A stretch of DNA of 64,000 nucleotides from an archaeon (lineage in GTDB: Archaea; Undinarchaeota; Undinarchaeia; Undinarchaeales; JBDRKL01). Below the pieces are notes generated by a model. It saw only the letters and a list, made by a program, of their open reading frames with translations. It had not been told where the DNA came from and made no database searches. The stretch covers positions 85,433 through 149,432 of the forward strand of contig JBDRKL010000010.1 in the NCBI GenBank assembly GCA_043814055.1. Direction: 5' to 3'. Shown piece by piece: positions 28,060 through 38,507 of this stretch (positions are counted from its first letter, which is position 1; every line of letters starts with the position of its first letter). A program made the translations under genes and the position numbers.

Positions 28060-30417
28060 TCACCCCATTTTCCTGAGCTTTGCATCAACATCTTTTTCAA
28101 CTGTTGATGTTTGCGCGCCTGCTGCAAGGCCGTAGCGCCGCCTCTCGCTGAGCTCAGCCAGCTTTCCCTTGTTCCAGCCACCAACATTCTGGTAGTATCC
28201 AGTAATGCGGGACCACCAGTCAACCTTGGTTGAGTTGCAGTTTGAGCAGGTGTTACTCAGGCCGCCGCTCGTGAAGTTGCAGTCACTGCAAACTGTCAGG
28301 TCCTTGGTGAACGCGAAGTATTGTATCGCAGTCTTCTGCGCGATGCGCTTGGTCAGCTCGTATATGCCCTCTGTGTTCGGATTTGCTTCCCCAAGCCACA
28401 CATGGCTCATTGCCCCGCCGTCAGTGAGCGGGTGGAACGCGCCCTCAAGGTCAAGGCGGTCAAACATTGGCACGTCAGCGAACGGGCTCACGTGGAAGCT
28501 GTTCGTGTAATATGCACTGTTCCCGCTGCCCTGATAAACAGCCTGGTCCGGATACGCTTTCATGTCAATCTGGGCTAGGCGGTACGAACAGGACTCAGCA
28601 GGAGTTCTGGCGAGCGAAAAGTTCATACCAGTCTCCTTTCTAAAGTCTGCAACTATATCTTTTATATCCTTCATGAATTTCAGACCAAATTTCCAGGAAT
28701 CAGTTGATTCGTGCAGTTCTGAACCGGTGTGCGCCTTGAGCATTTCATTCATCCCAACTAGTCCAATTATGAAACTCTGCTTGTCCGGCTCAAGATAGCG
28801 ATCTCCTTTGTCATTAACAGATTGGGCCATGAAGGGCAATAAGCCATTTTTCAAATTCTTTGAAATTATTTTCTTCTTTAGTATATGCGCCTCTTTTGCT
28901 TTGTCCATTCTATCCTTTAGGAGTTCATAGAGTTTGCCATCATCCCCTTTTGCTTCATATGCTAACTGGGGTAGATTTATTGTAACAACTTGCAATGCCC
29001 CGCCTCGTAGTGTACCACCGACAATATCATCTTGTGTATTTGCATCACCAAGTGGCATTAAAAATGCACAGCACTGATAGCACGAGAACTCAGGCATGTA
29101 GGGCTGGTTTATAATATAATATGGAGTGCCAAACTTTGCTGCCAATTCTGAGACTTTAAGCAGAGTTTCTTCATTCTTGCCGTTCATTTCTTTTGGGTGC
29201 AACTGCACCTCAAACTTGGGGAAATTAAACGGCTTGCCGATTGCATCCCCTTCAAGATACACATCAACAAATGCATTGAACAATTTGTTTGTTTCATTGT
29301 CAAAATCAGCATATGTTGTACTATCCTTAACTACACCACCAGGCAGCACAGCTGGGATGTCCAGGAACTGCTTTGGCACGTGCATGTCGCAATCAATGCT
29401 TGAAAATACAGTCTGCCCACCGCGGGCCACATACATTTGACTCATCTCGTAGATGAACATCTGCGCCATCTGCCTGAGCTTCTTGTCATCCATGCCTGTT
29501 ACATAGGGGGACAGGAATGTGTTAAAGTACGAAAAACCCTGCCCGCCAGCGCAGTTTGTTTGCGCCGCAGCCAGCGCTTTCGCAGCGTGCAGGAAAGCAA
29601 CTTCAGCCTTCTTTGCAGGAGCTGCAACTGCAGTGTGATTACCCACCCCGTCCGCCTTGAACCCGTTCTTTAGGAAGTACCGCACATCGTGCGAGAAGCA
29701 GAATGGTCTCATTGCGAAGTAATCCAGGTCATGGATGTGTATCTGACCCCGCATATGGGCGTCAGACAACTCAACAGGGAGAACCTTGACTAGAGTGTAT
29801 TCTTTGGCAATTTGGTCAGCCATCAACTTGTGCACTGTCTCAGGGTTGTACTGCAGGTTGGCGTTTTCCTTAGAGCCTTTCTCTATCATCTGAGTTACGT
29901 CGTAGACAGGCATTCCGATTCTGGTGTAAAGCTTTCGCTCCTTCTCAAGGCCGTGTACAATAAGCTCGCGGTTCACAAGTTCCCTGACAAGCGGGGCTGA
30001 GAGGAAATTCAAGCCAAGGCGCCTTATCTCTGCTTCAACGTCCTTGGATATCTGCTCTGCCTGTTTTGGCGCGAGCTTTGTCTCCTTTACAAGAGAGTCT
30101 TTTATGCGTAAAGCGTCAAAGGAATCCATCACGTTCTTGGTCGTCCTCACGTAGATTCCATAGTCTTTAAAGAACATGCTTTTTAGCCCGTCATAAAGAG
30201 GAGAGTTTGTATTTATCTGGAAAACCAGCATGTTGCCCTCGGAAGTCTGGCCGAGGAGACCCGTCTCAGTGAGGCGCTCTAGCTCCTTGCGCACAGAAGG
30301 AACCGAAAGATTAGTCATCCTAGCCAGCTTTCGCAGGTGAAAGCTCTTGGTAGGATTTAACAGGAAAAGCTCAAGGAGCTTAACCCGCGTCTTTGATGTG
30401 AATAATTTTTCTAGCAT
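28060..30417 (-). CDS. nrdD: class III ribonucleotide reductase with N-terminal wHTH and ATP cone
   Basis: HIHDLDY, GGQ, TPAES, YYTNS, Cys4 site, glycyl radical SRITGYY. Confidence 0.93.
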   Translation of the reverse strand: MLEKLFTSKTRVKLLELFLLNPTKSFHLRKLARMTNLSVPSVRKELERLTETGLLGQTSEGNMLVFQINTNSPLYDGLKSMFFKDYGIYVRTTKNVMDSFDALRIKDSLVKETKLAPKQAEQISKDVEAEIRRLGLNFLSAPLVRELVNRELIVHGLEKERKLYTRIGMPVYDVTQMIEKGSKENANLQYNPETVHKLMADQIAKEYTLVKVLPVELSDAHMRGQIHIHDLDYFAMRPFCFSHDVRYFLKNGFKADGVGNHTAVAAPAKKAEVAFLHAAKALAAAQTNCAGGQGFSYFNTFLSPYVTGMDDKKLRQMAQMFIYEMSQMYVARGGQTVFSSIDCDMHVPKQFLDIPAVLPGGVVKDSTTYADFDNETNKLFNAFVDVYLEGDAIGKPFNFPKFEVQLHPKEMNGKNEETLLKVSELAAKFGTPYYIINQPYMPEFSCYQCCAFLMPLGDANTQDDIVGGTLRGGALQVVTINLPQLAYEAKGDDGKLYELLKDRMDKAKEAHILKKKIISKNLKNGLLPFMAQSVNDKGDRYLEPDKQSFIIGLVGMNEMLKAHTGSELHESTDSWKFGLKFMKDIKDIVADFRKETGMNFSLARTPAESCSYRLAQIDMKAYPDQAVYQGSGNSAYYTNSFHVSPFADVPMFDRLDLEGAFHPLTDGGAMSHVWLGEANPNTEGIYELTKRIAQKTAIQYFAFTKDLTVCSDCNFTSGGLSNTCSNCNSTKVDWWSRITGYYQNVGGWNKGKLAELSERRRYGLAAGAQTSTVEKDVDAKLRKMG

Positions 30418-30531
30418 TTTATTTAGGCCACCACCTTAGTGTAAGGAAAAGATATACGATTGTCATATATAAGTATTTCGGTGGATTTTCGGTAAAAATA
30501 GATTTATACCCCCTCAAACTATAAGATTAGT

Positions 30532-31578
30532 ATGAACACCAAAATCGTTATACTAACTTTGCTTTTGGCCGTAGTGATCTTTAGCGGCTGCATAGACATA
30601 AATGTTCCACCAGAGGAGACCCATGAAGATACTCCGATAGACATTCAGCAAGATGAGGAACAACCTGATGAAGTGCAAATTGAGGAAAATGTAAATGAAA
30701 CTCCTGCCTATGCGATAGTAGACAAAACAAAAATTGGCGACGGTTTGAATCCTGCGCTTGAAGTGTATAATGAAACACTATTCATCTTCCGGGAGAAATA
30801 TGCTGGCAACAATTATGATATTTATTACAACACATATGATGGCTCGCTCGGAGACAAAGTGCACGTAGAAGGCACGATCAAGGACGATAAATACCCATCT
30901 ACAACTGTGTTTGAAGAAAAACTTTACCTGTTTACAACTGAGATTGCATCAGAAACCAGCACAAATAATTTAATCACTTACAAGACCTACGATGGTAAGT
31001 GGGGCGATGCGCAAAAAATAGACCATATGGAGTATGATACTTATACGAAAACAGTCGCAGGGGTATACAATCACGACCTTTATATGTTATTCAGCCAGGG
31101 CCTGAAGAATCAAGAGGGAAAAATAAAGTCAAGGCGGCTTTCAAGCGCGTGGGTCGGTGGGCCAATGAACACACAGAGCATAGCCAGCGAGAAGAACCCA
31201 GCAATTGTAATAGAGGGCGGCAAGTTGCATATGCTCTATGAGAGCTATTATTCAGAAAAGAATGAGATATTCCACAGATATTATTATGACGGAAAGTGGC
31301 AGAAAGCGCAACAGATAACTAACAGCGAAAAGCCAGCCTACAAGACCACTGGAGACATTGAGATTTTTGAGGGCAAGCTCCACGCGACGTGGTACACCGA
31401 CGGCGAGATATACCTGAGCACGTATGAGGCAGGTATATGGAGCAGCGCAACCCAGCTCACCAGCAATGATTACAGCGACGAAACACCATCACTTGAAGTC
31501 TATGACGGCAAACTCTACATCGCCTGGGTTTCACAGAAAGAGCCAGCGCCGTATGTTTATTTGGGCGTTATAGAATAA
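30532..31578 (+). CDS. lipoprotein, probable beta-propeller
   Basis: Lipobox SGC; repeated P.L....GKLY/..DG.W blades. Confidence 0.75.
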   Translation: MNTKIVILTLLLAVVIFSGCIDINVPPEETHEDTPIDIQQDEEQPDEVQIEENVNETPAYAIVDKTKIGDGLNPALEVYNETLFIFREKYAGNNYDIYYNTYDGSLGDKVHVEGTIKDDKYPSTTVFEEKLYLFTTEIASETSTNNLITYKTYDGKWGDAQKIDHMEYDTYTKTVAGVYNHDLYMLFSQGLKNQEGKIKSRRLSSAWVGGPMNTQSIASEKNPAIVIEGGKLHMLYESYYSEKNEIFHRYYYDGKWQKAQQITNSEKPAYKTTGDIEIFEGKLHATWYTDGEIYLSTYEAGIWSSATQLTSNDYSDETPSLEVYDGKLYIAWVSQKEPAPYVYLGVIE

Positions 31579-31771
31579 AACAGTAGCAATTATATATTGA
31601 AACCTCCATTGAGAATGAGTTCTAATAGCCGAGGTGAAAACACAGACCTTAAATTTGGTTACTGTGTTAAACCTCGTCGCTGGAGAATATATAAAACGCC
31701 GAGGCTTGCATGCAGACCTTACAGTTTGCAACTGCATGAGTCGCGGCTTGCAAAGAAATTGGTTAAAACAA

Positions 31772-31858
31772 GCCGAGGTGGCACAATCTGGTAATGCGCG
31801 ACCCTGGAAAGGTCGTTTCCTCACGGATATGCAAGTTCAAATCTTGCCCTCGGCGCCA
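31772..31858 (+). tRNA. tRNA-Ser(GGA)
   Basis: CGACC-CTGGAAA-GGTCG, long variable arm, CCA. Confidence 0.95.
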
Positions 31859-32120
31859 ACCTTTTTCCGGCTACGCCGCAAAAAGCTTGACCAAAAAATC
31901 TCGCTTCGCTCGTAATTAATGTTTCTGGCGCCAACCTTTTTATTGGTTCTGTTTTTGAAAAAAGTTTGATCAAAAACTCGCTGACGCTCGTTATGAAAAT
32001 TGATTCTCCCATTTGACCAAAGGCATTCAAATTGCCTGGCAAGGTGGCTTCGGCTTTAGCCGAACGCCGCCTAATGTGCCGCCTGAAGTTGCAGGCGGTT
32101 CTGAATCTTGCCCTCGGCGC
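31857..32120 (+). mobile_element. mosaic hairpin array ending in a copy of the tRNA-Ser 3' end
   Basis: Two CAACCTTTTT...AAAAAG(C/T)TTGA(C/T)CAAAAA units; 32104-32120 identical to 31840-31856. Confidence 0.7.
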
Positions 32121-32129
32121 TTTTCAAGA

Positions 32130-32780
32130 TCAGAACATATTTTCGTCAAACTCTAGCACCCGAAGTTTTGCTTGTTCGCGCAAAATTGATCTTGACGCTT
32201 CAAATCGGTTGTCTAAGTCACCCTTTTTGTTAACTAACCTAAATTCAGGTATTGTAATCGGCTCAACTCCTTTTTCAAAAAATTCGTCCAATTTATGGCG
32301 ATCATATTTGATATAGCCCTTTGAGGGAATGCTTGCAGTTCCGATAAGGTAATAAATTTTTGGCGGGTTATATTGTACTTTATTGGAGTTCTGAAATTTC
32401 ATAGTTAATAAATGATTTAGTGCAAGACTCATACATTTTTCTCTAAAATGTCCTGCTACAAAAACAACTGTAGGTTGGATATTATTCTCTAATAATTTAT
32501 CATAAAAATTTCTACAAAAAAAGCGAGTATTATCCTTACACAAAAAAATCAGGTTAGATATGTCTATTCCTATTTTTTTAGCTCGTTCTAAAAGTGACTC
32601 ATCTTTATCTGCAAACACAATCTCAAATCCCTTTTCTTGGGCAATTTTCATAAGCTCTACTGCCGTTGTTCTGTGCTTTCTTGCCAAATGCCCGTATCCC
32701 CTGTGCATAAGTGATTCATCTCCGGTTCCAACAAAAAATAGGACAACTGATTTTTTTAAATTTTTAACATTAGTTTTCAT
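32130..32780 (-). CDS. hypothetical protein (AT-rich)
   Basis: 216-aa ORF; no firm motif. Confidence 0.6.
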   Translation of the reverse strand: MKTNVKNLKKSVVLFFVGTGDESLMHRGYGHLARKHRTTAVELMKIAQEKGFEIVFADKDESLLERAKKIGIDISNLIFLCKDNTRFFCRNFYDKLLENNIQPTVVFVAGHFREKCMSLALNHLLTMKFQNSNKVQYNPPKIYYLIGTASIPSKGYIKYDRHKLDEFFEKGVEPITIPEFRLVNKKGDLDNRFEASRSILREQAKLRVLEFDENMF

Positions 32781-32826
32781 GTGGTGTCTATTAATTTTTA
32801 TGTTGCGGCTTGTATTTATTTAAATC

Positions 32827-33402
32827 CTAAATGATCCCGCGCGCGCCCCCCAGCACATTTTTAACCTTCTTAAGAAGCAGTTCAAACTTGTCAAAGCCGG
32901 CAGCTGTGTTGAAATGCCCTGCGTTTGGAACAAACGTTAGTTCAGTGCCTAGCTGTTTAGAAGTTTCTCTCCCGTTGCCAATCGACACATAAGGATCCGG
33001 GTCAGAGTGAAAGACAAAAAAGTTTGAACAGTTTTCTTTTATCTTTACCCAATCAAAGGGATGTCCAATAAATGGTTTATCACCTTCATAGTTTTTGATA
33101 GGCAAAACTCCCACAGGCGCAGAAACAATGAAAGCTGCTTTTATTTTAATATTAGATTGCTCTAGTACGCGAAGCAAAAACGCGCCGCCCAAGCTGTGTC
33201 CAATTAGAATAGTGTCTTCAGTAAAATGCTCTTTGTATTGGTTAAACACAGGGAACCAAGTCGCAGGCGTTTGGTTTTCAGGCGTTGGAAACTGCGGAAT
33301 AAATACTTTGCACCCTAAAGATTCCAACTCAGCTTTTAGCCAGGGAAACCAGTTCTCTTCTGGATACCCACCTGTCCCGTGGAAGATAAAAACATTAGCC
33401 AT
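32827..33402 (-). CDS. RBBP9/YdeN-family alpha/beta hydrolase
   Basis: HG.GG....NWFPWL, GHSLG, D.YV, AGHFN. Confidence 0.9.
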   Translation of the reverse strand: MANVFIFHGTGGYPEENWFPWLKAELESLGCKVFIPQFPTPENQTPATWFPVFNQYKEHFTEDTILIGHSLGGAFLLRVLEQSNIKIKAAFIVSAPVGVLPIKNYEGDKPFIGHPFDWVKIKENCSNFFVFHSDPDPYVSIGNGRETSKQLGTELTFVPNAGHFNTAAGFDKFELLLKKVKNVLGGARGII

Positions 33403-33515
33403 AATGCACAGTAGGCAGGTCTGAATAAATACGTTTCTGAACCTTAATCTATTTCAAAGTCGCGCAATACCACAGCGTACCGTTCTTATACGCACTTAGC
33501 ACTGCATAACTTTCT

Positions 33516-34019
33516 TCAAATAAATACATTTCTTGCACCCTCCAGAACCGCGGTGTAGTCCATCCTGCGCGGCTCGCTGATTATTCCAAGGATTTCGTAG
33601 TCCTTGATTCGCTCGCCGAATGCCTGCCGGAAGCGCTTCAGGATTTCGCTGAAGTGCCCCTGGTCGCGGGCTGCAATTGTGATTGCGTAGTCATACCGGC
33701 CGACAAGGCCTTTTGCATTAACAATGTATTGGGAGGAATGGAGGTAGCGCGCAATTTTTTCCTCAGCTTCTGGCGTCAGGCTGTGGAATGAGACAAGAAC
33801 TTCGTTCAGCGTAGTGAAGCCGATTTCTGCAGGATTGAGCACTGCGAGAAAGTCCCTGATGACTTTCTTCTCGTGCAGTCTTTTGATGCGGTAGCGCACA
33901 ACCTCCTGGGACAAATCAACGCGCTGAGCTATGGTTGCGAGGGAGACTCGGCCGTCCCTGCACAGCTCCTTGAGGATGTTATGGTCCTTTTTGTCCAGTT
34001 TTTGCTCAGTTTTACCCAT
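33516..34019 (-). CDS. Lrp/AsnC-family regulator
   Basis: LD..D..IL..L..DGR.S...IA..V.LS...V.YRIKRL, G.YDY. Confidence 0.9.
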   Translation of the reverse strand: MGKTEQKLDKKDHNILKELCRDGRVSLATIAQRVDLSQEVVRYRIKRLHEKKVIRDFLAVLNPAEIGFTTLNEVLVSFHSLTPEAEEKIARYLHSSQYIVNAKGLVGRYDYAITIAARDQGHFSEILKRFRQAFGERIKDYEILGIISEPRRMDYTAVLEGARNVFI

Positions 34020-34184
34020 ATTTACTGATATGGAAAAGAATAGTATATAAACCTTTCTATTTCAGAAGAAATAATGATAATATTTCTTTTATAGAAAAAA
34101 TATAGAATATAATTAACTATAACAGTAAAAAGTGTGAAAAATGGCGTTTTTGAAGGCATCCTGCCTTAATATGAGAACTTTTAA

Positions 34185-34362
34185 GAAGTTTTTTACAGCT
34201 TCGCTCGCTAAAAAAGCTGGCGAAAAACTAAAGCAGAAACCTAACTCTTAATCTCTATCTCAGCTTTTTTGGACGTTCGCTACACTCACTAAAAAAGCTG
34301 GCAAAAAACCGTGCCGCAATCAAATTTGACAAGCGGCTGTTTAACTCTTGATTTCTATCTCA
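34185..34362. mobile_element. two hairpin units with stranded, silently different copy of rpsJ 3' end
   Basis: 34241-34262 vs 34341-34362 both encode EIEIKS*; CAGCTTTTTT...AAAAAAGCTGGCAAAAAA. Confidence 0.7.
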
Positions 34363-34652
34363 ATATTAACGCCGTCAGGAACCTGTAGCCTCATAACCTG
34401 CCGCATAACCCGGTCATTCGGCTCAACATCAAGAACTCGCTTGTGAATGCGCATCTGCCAGCGTTCCCAGGTTGCCGTGCCGTTGCCTGAAACGCTCTTT
34501 CTTGTTGGTATCTTAAGAATTTTAGTAGGTAGTGGAATAGGGCCTGCGTAATCAACCTTGCTCTCGCCTGCTATGTATTTAATCTGACTGCAAATCTCAT
34601 TGAGCTGATTTATGTCAACGCCACTGAGTCTGATACGCGCTTTAGTTGTCAT
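34341..34652 (-). CDS. rpsJ: 30S ribosomal protein S10
   Basis: GPIPLPTK, RKS..G.GTATWERWQMRIHKR. Confidence 0.97.
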   Translation of the reverse strand: MTTKARIRLSGVDINQLNEICSQIKYIAGESKVDYAGPIPLPTKILKIPTRKSVSGNGTATWERWQMRIHKRVLDVEPNDRVMRQVMRLQVPDGVNIEIEIKS

Positions 34653-34672
34653 TTAAAAATAGGAAACAGGAA

Positions 34673-34694
34673 GAGGGGTCTGCATTGACCCCTC
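34673..34694 (-). terminator. GC-rich hairpin between tuf and rpsJ
   Basis: GAGGGGTC-TGCATT-GACCCCTC followed by pyrimidine tract on the - strand. Confidence 0.4.
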
Positions 34695-34707
34695 AACCTC
34701 AGATTAT

Positions 34708-36036
34708 TTACTTTTTAGCCTTAGCCTCCGGTTTTTCTTTGGCGTCTGATTTTGTCTTACCCTCTACTTTTGCCTTGACATCAGTTACCATTCCAGCTCC
34801 AACTGTCGCGCCCATGTCTCGGATAGCGAACCTGCCGAGCGGCGGGAAATCAGCTGCTTTCTCAACCACAAATGGCTTTGTTGGCTTGAGCCTCACAATA
34901 GCTGCGTCACCTGTCTTGAGGAAGTCTGGGTTCGCTTCCTTGACCTCACCAGTTGCCGGGTCAATCTTCTTTAGAAGCTCAACGAATGTGCACGCAACCT
35001 GGGCTGTGTGGCAGTGGAACACTGGAGTGTAGCCCTTTGTAATTGCGGTTGGGTGCTGCAGCACGATTATCTGTGCTGTGAACTCCTCTGCAACTACCGG
35101 CGGGCTTGATGCCTCGCCAGCCACGTCTCCGCGCTTCACGTCGCCTTTTCCGATTCCTCGGATGTTAGCTCCAACATTGTCGCCTGGCTCTGCCTTTTCA
35201 AGCTGCTCGTGGTGCATTTCAACACTCTTTACCTCACCAGTTGCGCCTGATGGCTGGAATACCAGCTTCATGTTAGGCTTTAACACACCAGTCTCAACAC
35301 GACCGACAGGAACTGTGCCGACACCAGTGATGGTGTATGCGTCCTGAATTGGCCACCTGAGCGGCTTGTCTGTCAGCTTCGCCGGCGGGACTAGGTCGTC
35401 AAGCGCAGCGGTTAAATGCTTGCCCTTGTACCAGCCCATCTTCTCGCCTGCTGGCTTTGTAACGTTCTCGCCGCTTACGAAAGAAGCTGTTGGTATGAAC
35501 GGAACCTTGTCAATCTTGACGCCAATCGGCTTCAGAAGGTCTTCAACAGTCTTCTTGACCTCGTTGAAGCGGTCTTCCTTGTAGTCAACCTCGTCCATCT
35601 TGTTGATGCAGACGATAAGCTGGTTGACGCCGAGCGTCTTGGTAAGCCAAGCGTGCTCCTTGGTCTGGGGCTGTATGCCCTCTTTTGCGGACACCATCAA
35701 AACTGCAGCATCTGCCTGGGAAGCACCCGTAATCATGTTCTTCACGAAGTCCCTGTGACCCGGAGCATCAATGATTGTAAAGTAGAACTTGTCCGTGTCA
35801 AAGCGCTTGTGAGCAACATCAATTGTAAGCCCGCGCTCGCGCTCTTCTTTCATTCTGTCCATTATGAAAGCCAGACCAAAAGTTTCCTTTCCGTATTTCT
35901 TGGCCTCCTCCTGGATCTTCTTCATTTCCTGTTCAGGAATGTTGCCGGTGTCGAACAAAATTCGTCCGACTGTGGTCGATTTGCCGTGGTCAACGTGACC
36001 AACAACGACCAGATTCATGTGTGGTTTGTTTGCCAT
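34708..36036 (-). CDS. tuf: elongation factor 1-alpha
   Basis: [21 protein letters not shown]; GGAGGT RBS before ATG 36036. Confidence 0.98.
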   Translation of the reverse strand: MANKPHMNLVVVGHVDHGKSTTVGRILFDTGNIPEQEMKKIQEEAKKYGKETFGLAFIMDRMKEERERGLTIDVAHKRFDTDKFYFTIIDAPGHRDFVKNMITGASQADAAVLMVSAKEGIQPQTKEHAWLTKTLGVNQLIVCINKMDEVDYKEDRFNEVKKTVEDLLKPIGVKIDKVPFIPTASFVSGENVTKPAGEKMGWYKGKHLTAALDDLVPPAKLTDKPLRWPIQDAYTITGVGTVPVGRVETGVLKPNMKLVFQPSGATGEVKSVEMHHEQLEKAEPGDNVGANIRGIGKGDVKRGDVAGEASSPPVVAEEFTAQIIVLQHPTAITKGYTPVFHCHTAQVACTFVELLKKIDPATGEVKEANPDFLKTGDAAIVRLKPTKPFVVEKAADFPPLGRFAIRDMGATVGAGMVTDVKAKVEGKTKSDAKEKPEAKAKK

Positions 36037-36232
36037 TTTATGTAACCTCCATATTACTATTAAATAGATAACATTAGCTCGGTTAAGATACTTTTGCCAT
36101 CTCCCTTTAAACACCTAAAAGGTGCTCTGTTATATGGTTCTAAGGAGTATATAAAGTTTATCTCAAAGATGTGGAAGCTTCATACTGTACCACTTTGAGA
36201 TCAACTAAGTTACCAATTACAAAGTCTAAGTG

Positions 36233-38422
36233 TTATTCAAGGTAATCGCTTGGCTTTGGCAGGTCCTCTTTGAGCCCTTTCCTCTGCCTGATTTCCTTCA
36301 CGACCTTCATCTGGATTTCCTGCGGGAGCTGCTCAAACCCTGCGTTCTCTGTGCTCCAGAGCACGCGGCCCTCTGTTGCTGAGCGGATATCATTTGAGAA
36401 ACCAAACAATTCAGCCACAGGCGCCTTGGCTGTAATCTCAGTGCTGTCCCCTTCCTGCTGCATGTCCAGAATCTGCCCTCTACGGGACTGCATCTCCTTG
36501 TTCACAGCACCCATGTGCTCGTCTGGAACTCGGATAAAGAGCGTCTGTTTTGGCTCAAGCAATCTCACGCCCGCGGTTAGCATAGCGCCCTTGATAGCGG
36601 AACGCACTGCTGGAATAACTTGTGCCGGGCCCCGGTGAATGGCATCTTCGTGGAGTTTTGTGTCGTGCAGCTTGACCTTTACCCCAGCGCACGATTCATC
36701 GCAGAGCGGGCCTCTCTTCATTACCACCTCAAATGCCTCAATTGCGAGCTCCATAATTTCAGTAAGGTGAACCTCACCCTTGACCATGCTGATTAGCATG
36801 TTCTGGCCGCAGATGTCAGCAACACCCTTTGCCTCGTTTTTGTCAAGTCCAAGCTCCTGGAATTCAGCCAGATACTCCTTCTTCTTGACCTTGCCCTGCG
36901 CAAGCTTGCCCTGGAATATCGCAGTCTGGAGGGGTTGCTCAAGGGGCTCAACTGTTATGTAGAACTTGTTATGCCTGTTTGGGCTCTTGCCCTCAACCTC
37001 AGGCGATGCCTTGTCAATGGTCTCCCTGTAAACCACAATTGGGTCAGAGTGAGTGATTGGAATTTTCTTGTCGTGTTCTATCCTGTACCTCCAAATCTCA
37101 AGGTGCAGTTCGCCCTGGCCGGACATCTTGTGCTCACCAGTGGCTTCGTCAAGCTCAATCTTGATTGCAGGATCCTCCTTTTCTATGTTCCTGAGAACTT
37201 CAACCAGCTTAGGAAGGTCTGCTGTATTCTTTGCCTCAATAGCCTCTGTAACAACTGGCTCTGCCTCGTGGATTGCTTCAAATGGCTCAATTGGATTATT
37301 TGGGTCGCAGACAGTTTCCCCAGATCTTGCTGATTTCAAGCCCATCACTGCGATTATGTTGCCGGCAGGAACCTTCTCAATCTTTGAGCGTTCAGGCCCC
37401 ATGTAAATTCCAACCTGCTGGGTTCGGAAATTCTGACCAATGTTGCACAAGTGTACTTCAGCACCGTCATACAGTGTTCCTGAGAATAATCTGCCTGTTG
37501 CAACATCGCCCGCTTGCGGGTCAATTATCATTTTTGTAACCATTAGGGCGAGCGGACCCTCAGAGTTGCACTCTGCCAATTTTGCCTCCATTTCCTTGTC
37601 GTCACCAGGCCAAATCTGAGGTATCCTGTAAATCTGCGCCTGCTTCGGGCTTGGGTGGTGCTTTACGACCATATCAAGAAGAATCTTGTGAAGCGGTGCT
37701 TTCTTGTAAAGGTTCTGCCATTCCTCTGATGCATAAGAATCAAGAATGTCCTTGAAGCCGAGCCCGAGCTTCTTCATGTGCGGCAAAGAAAGCGCCCACT
37801 TGTGGAACGCTGAGCCGAACATGACAGAGCCGTCATCCACACCAACCTTGAACTGTTCATAGAGCTCTGGTGTGCAGTTCTTGCGGATGAGCTCGTTAAC
37901 ACGCGCTATAATCTTGACAAACCGCTTCTGCATCTCCTCAGGCGTAAGCTTGATTTCCCTGATTAAGCGGTCAACCTTGTTAATGAAAAGAATCGGCCTG
38001 ACGCGCTCGCGCATTGCCTGCCTGAGCACGGTCTCAGTCTGGGGCATGGCGCCTTCAACAGCGCATACCACAACAACCCCGCCGTCAACAGCGCGCATCG
38101 CGCGGATAACGTCACCGCCGAAGTCAACGTGGCCTGGAGTGTCAATCATGTTTATGAGATATTCCACACCATCAACTTCGTGCAAAAGCGAAACGTTAGC
38201 TGCATTAATCGTGATACCACGTGCCTGTTCCTGCTCGTCAAAATCCATAAACAGCTGCTTTCCTGCGTGCTCCTCTGAAATCATGCCTGAGCCGGCGACC
38301 AGGCTGTCCGACAGCGTGGTCTTGCCGTGGTCAATATGCGCTATAATACCAATGTTCCTGATTTTGTCAGGCTTCCACATCAATTCCTTTACCTTAGCAA
38401 TCAAATCTTCTTTTCGTGCCAT
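36233..38422 (-). CDS. fusA: elongation factor 2
   Basis: AHIDHGKTT, RGITI, DTPGHVDF, diphthamide loop HEDAIHRGPAQ. Confidence 0.98.
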   Translation of the reverse strand: MARKEDLIAKVKELMWKPDKIRNIGIIAHIDHGKTTLSDSLVAGSGMISEEHAGKQLFMDFDEQEQARGITINAANVSLLHEVDGVEYLINMIDTPGHVDFGGDVIRAMRAVDGGVVVVCAVEGAMPQTETVLRQAMRERVRPILFINKVDRLIREIKLTPEEMQKRFVKIIARVNELIRKNCTPELYEQFKVGVDDGSVMFGSAFHKWALSLPHMKKLGLGFKDILDSYASEEWQNLYKKAPLHKILLDMVVKHHPSPKQAQIYRIPQIWPGDDKEMEAKLAECNSEGPLALMVTKMIIDPQAGDVATGRLFSGTLYDGAEVHLCNIGQNFRTQQVGIYMGPERSKIEKVPAGNIIAVMGLKSARSGETVCDPNNPIEPFEAIHEAEPVVTEAIEAKNTADLPKLVEVLRNIEKEDPAIKIELDEATGEHKMSGQGELHLEIWRYRIEHDKKIPITHSDPIVVYRETIDKASPEVEGKSPNRHNKFYITVEPLEQPLQTAIFQGKLAQGKVKKKEYLAEFQELGLDKNEAKGVADICGQNMLISMVKGEVHLTEIMELAIEAFEVVMKRGPLCDESCAGVKVKLHDTKLHEDAIHRGPAQVIPAVRSAIKGAMLTAGVRLLEPKQTLFIRVPDEHMGAVNKEMQSRRGQILDMQQEGDSTEITAKAPVAELFGFSNDIRSATEGRVLWSTENAGFEQLPQEIQMKVVKEIRQRKGLKEDLPKPSDYLE

Positions 38423-38507
38423 TTCAAAGTTTCTCCTTTTTCTCCAGCTTTGAAATGCACACAAAGCTGGAGACCTTTATGATGCTTTGTTGTGCCATTT
38501 TTTAAAA

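Noticed and set aside
31531-32316. Several short ORFs around tRNA-Ser
   Set aside because: Overlap the tRNA and repeats; no protein motifs.
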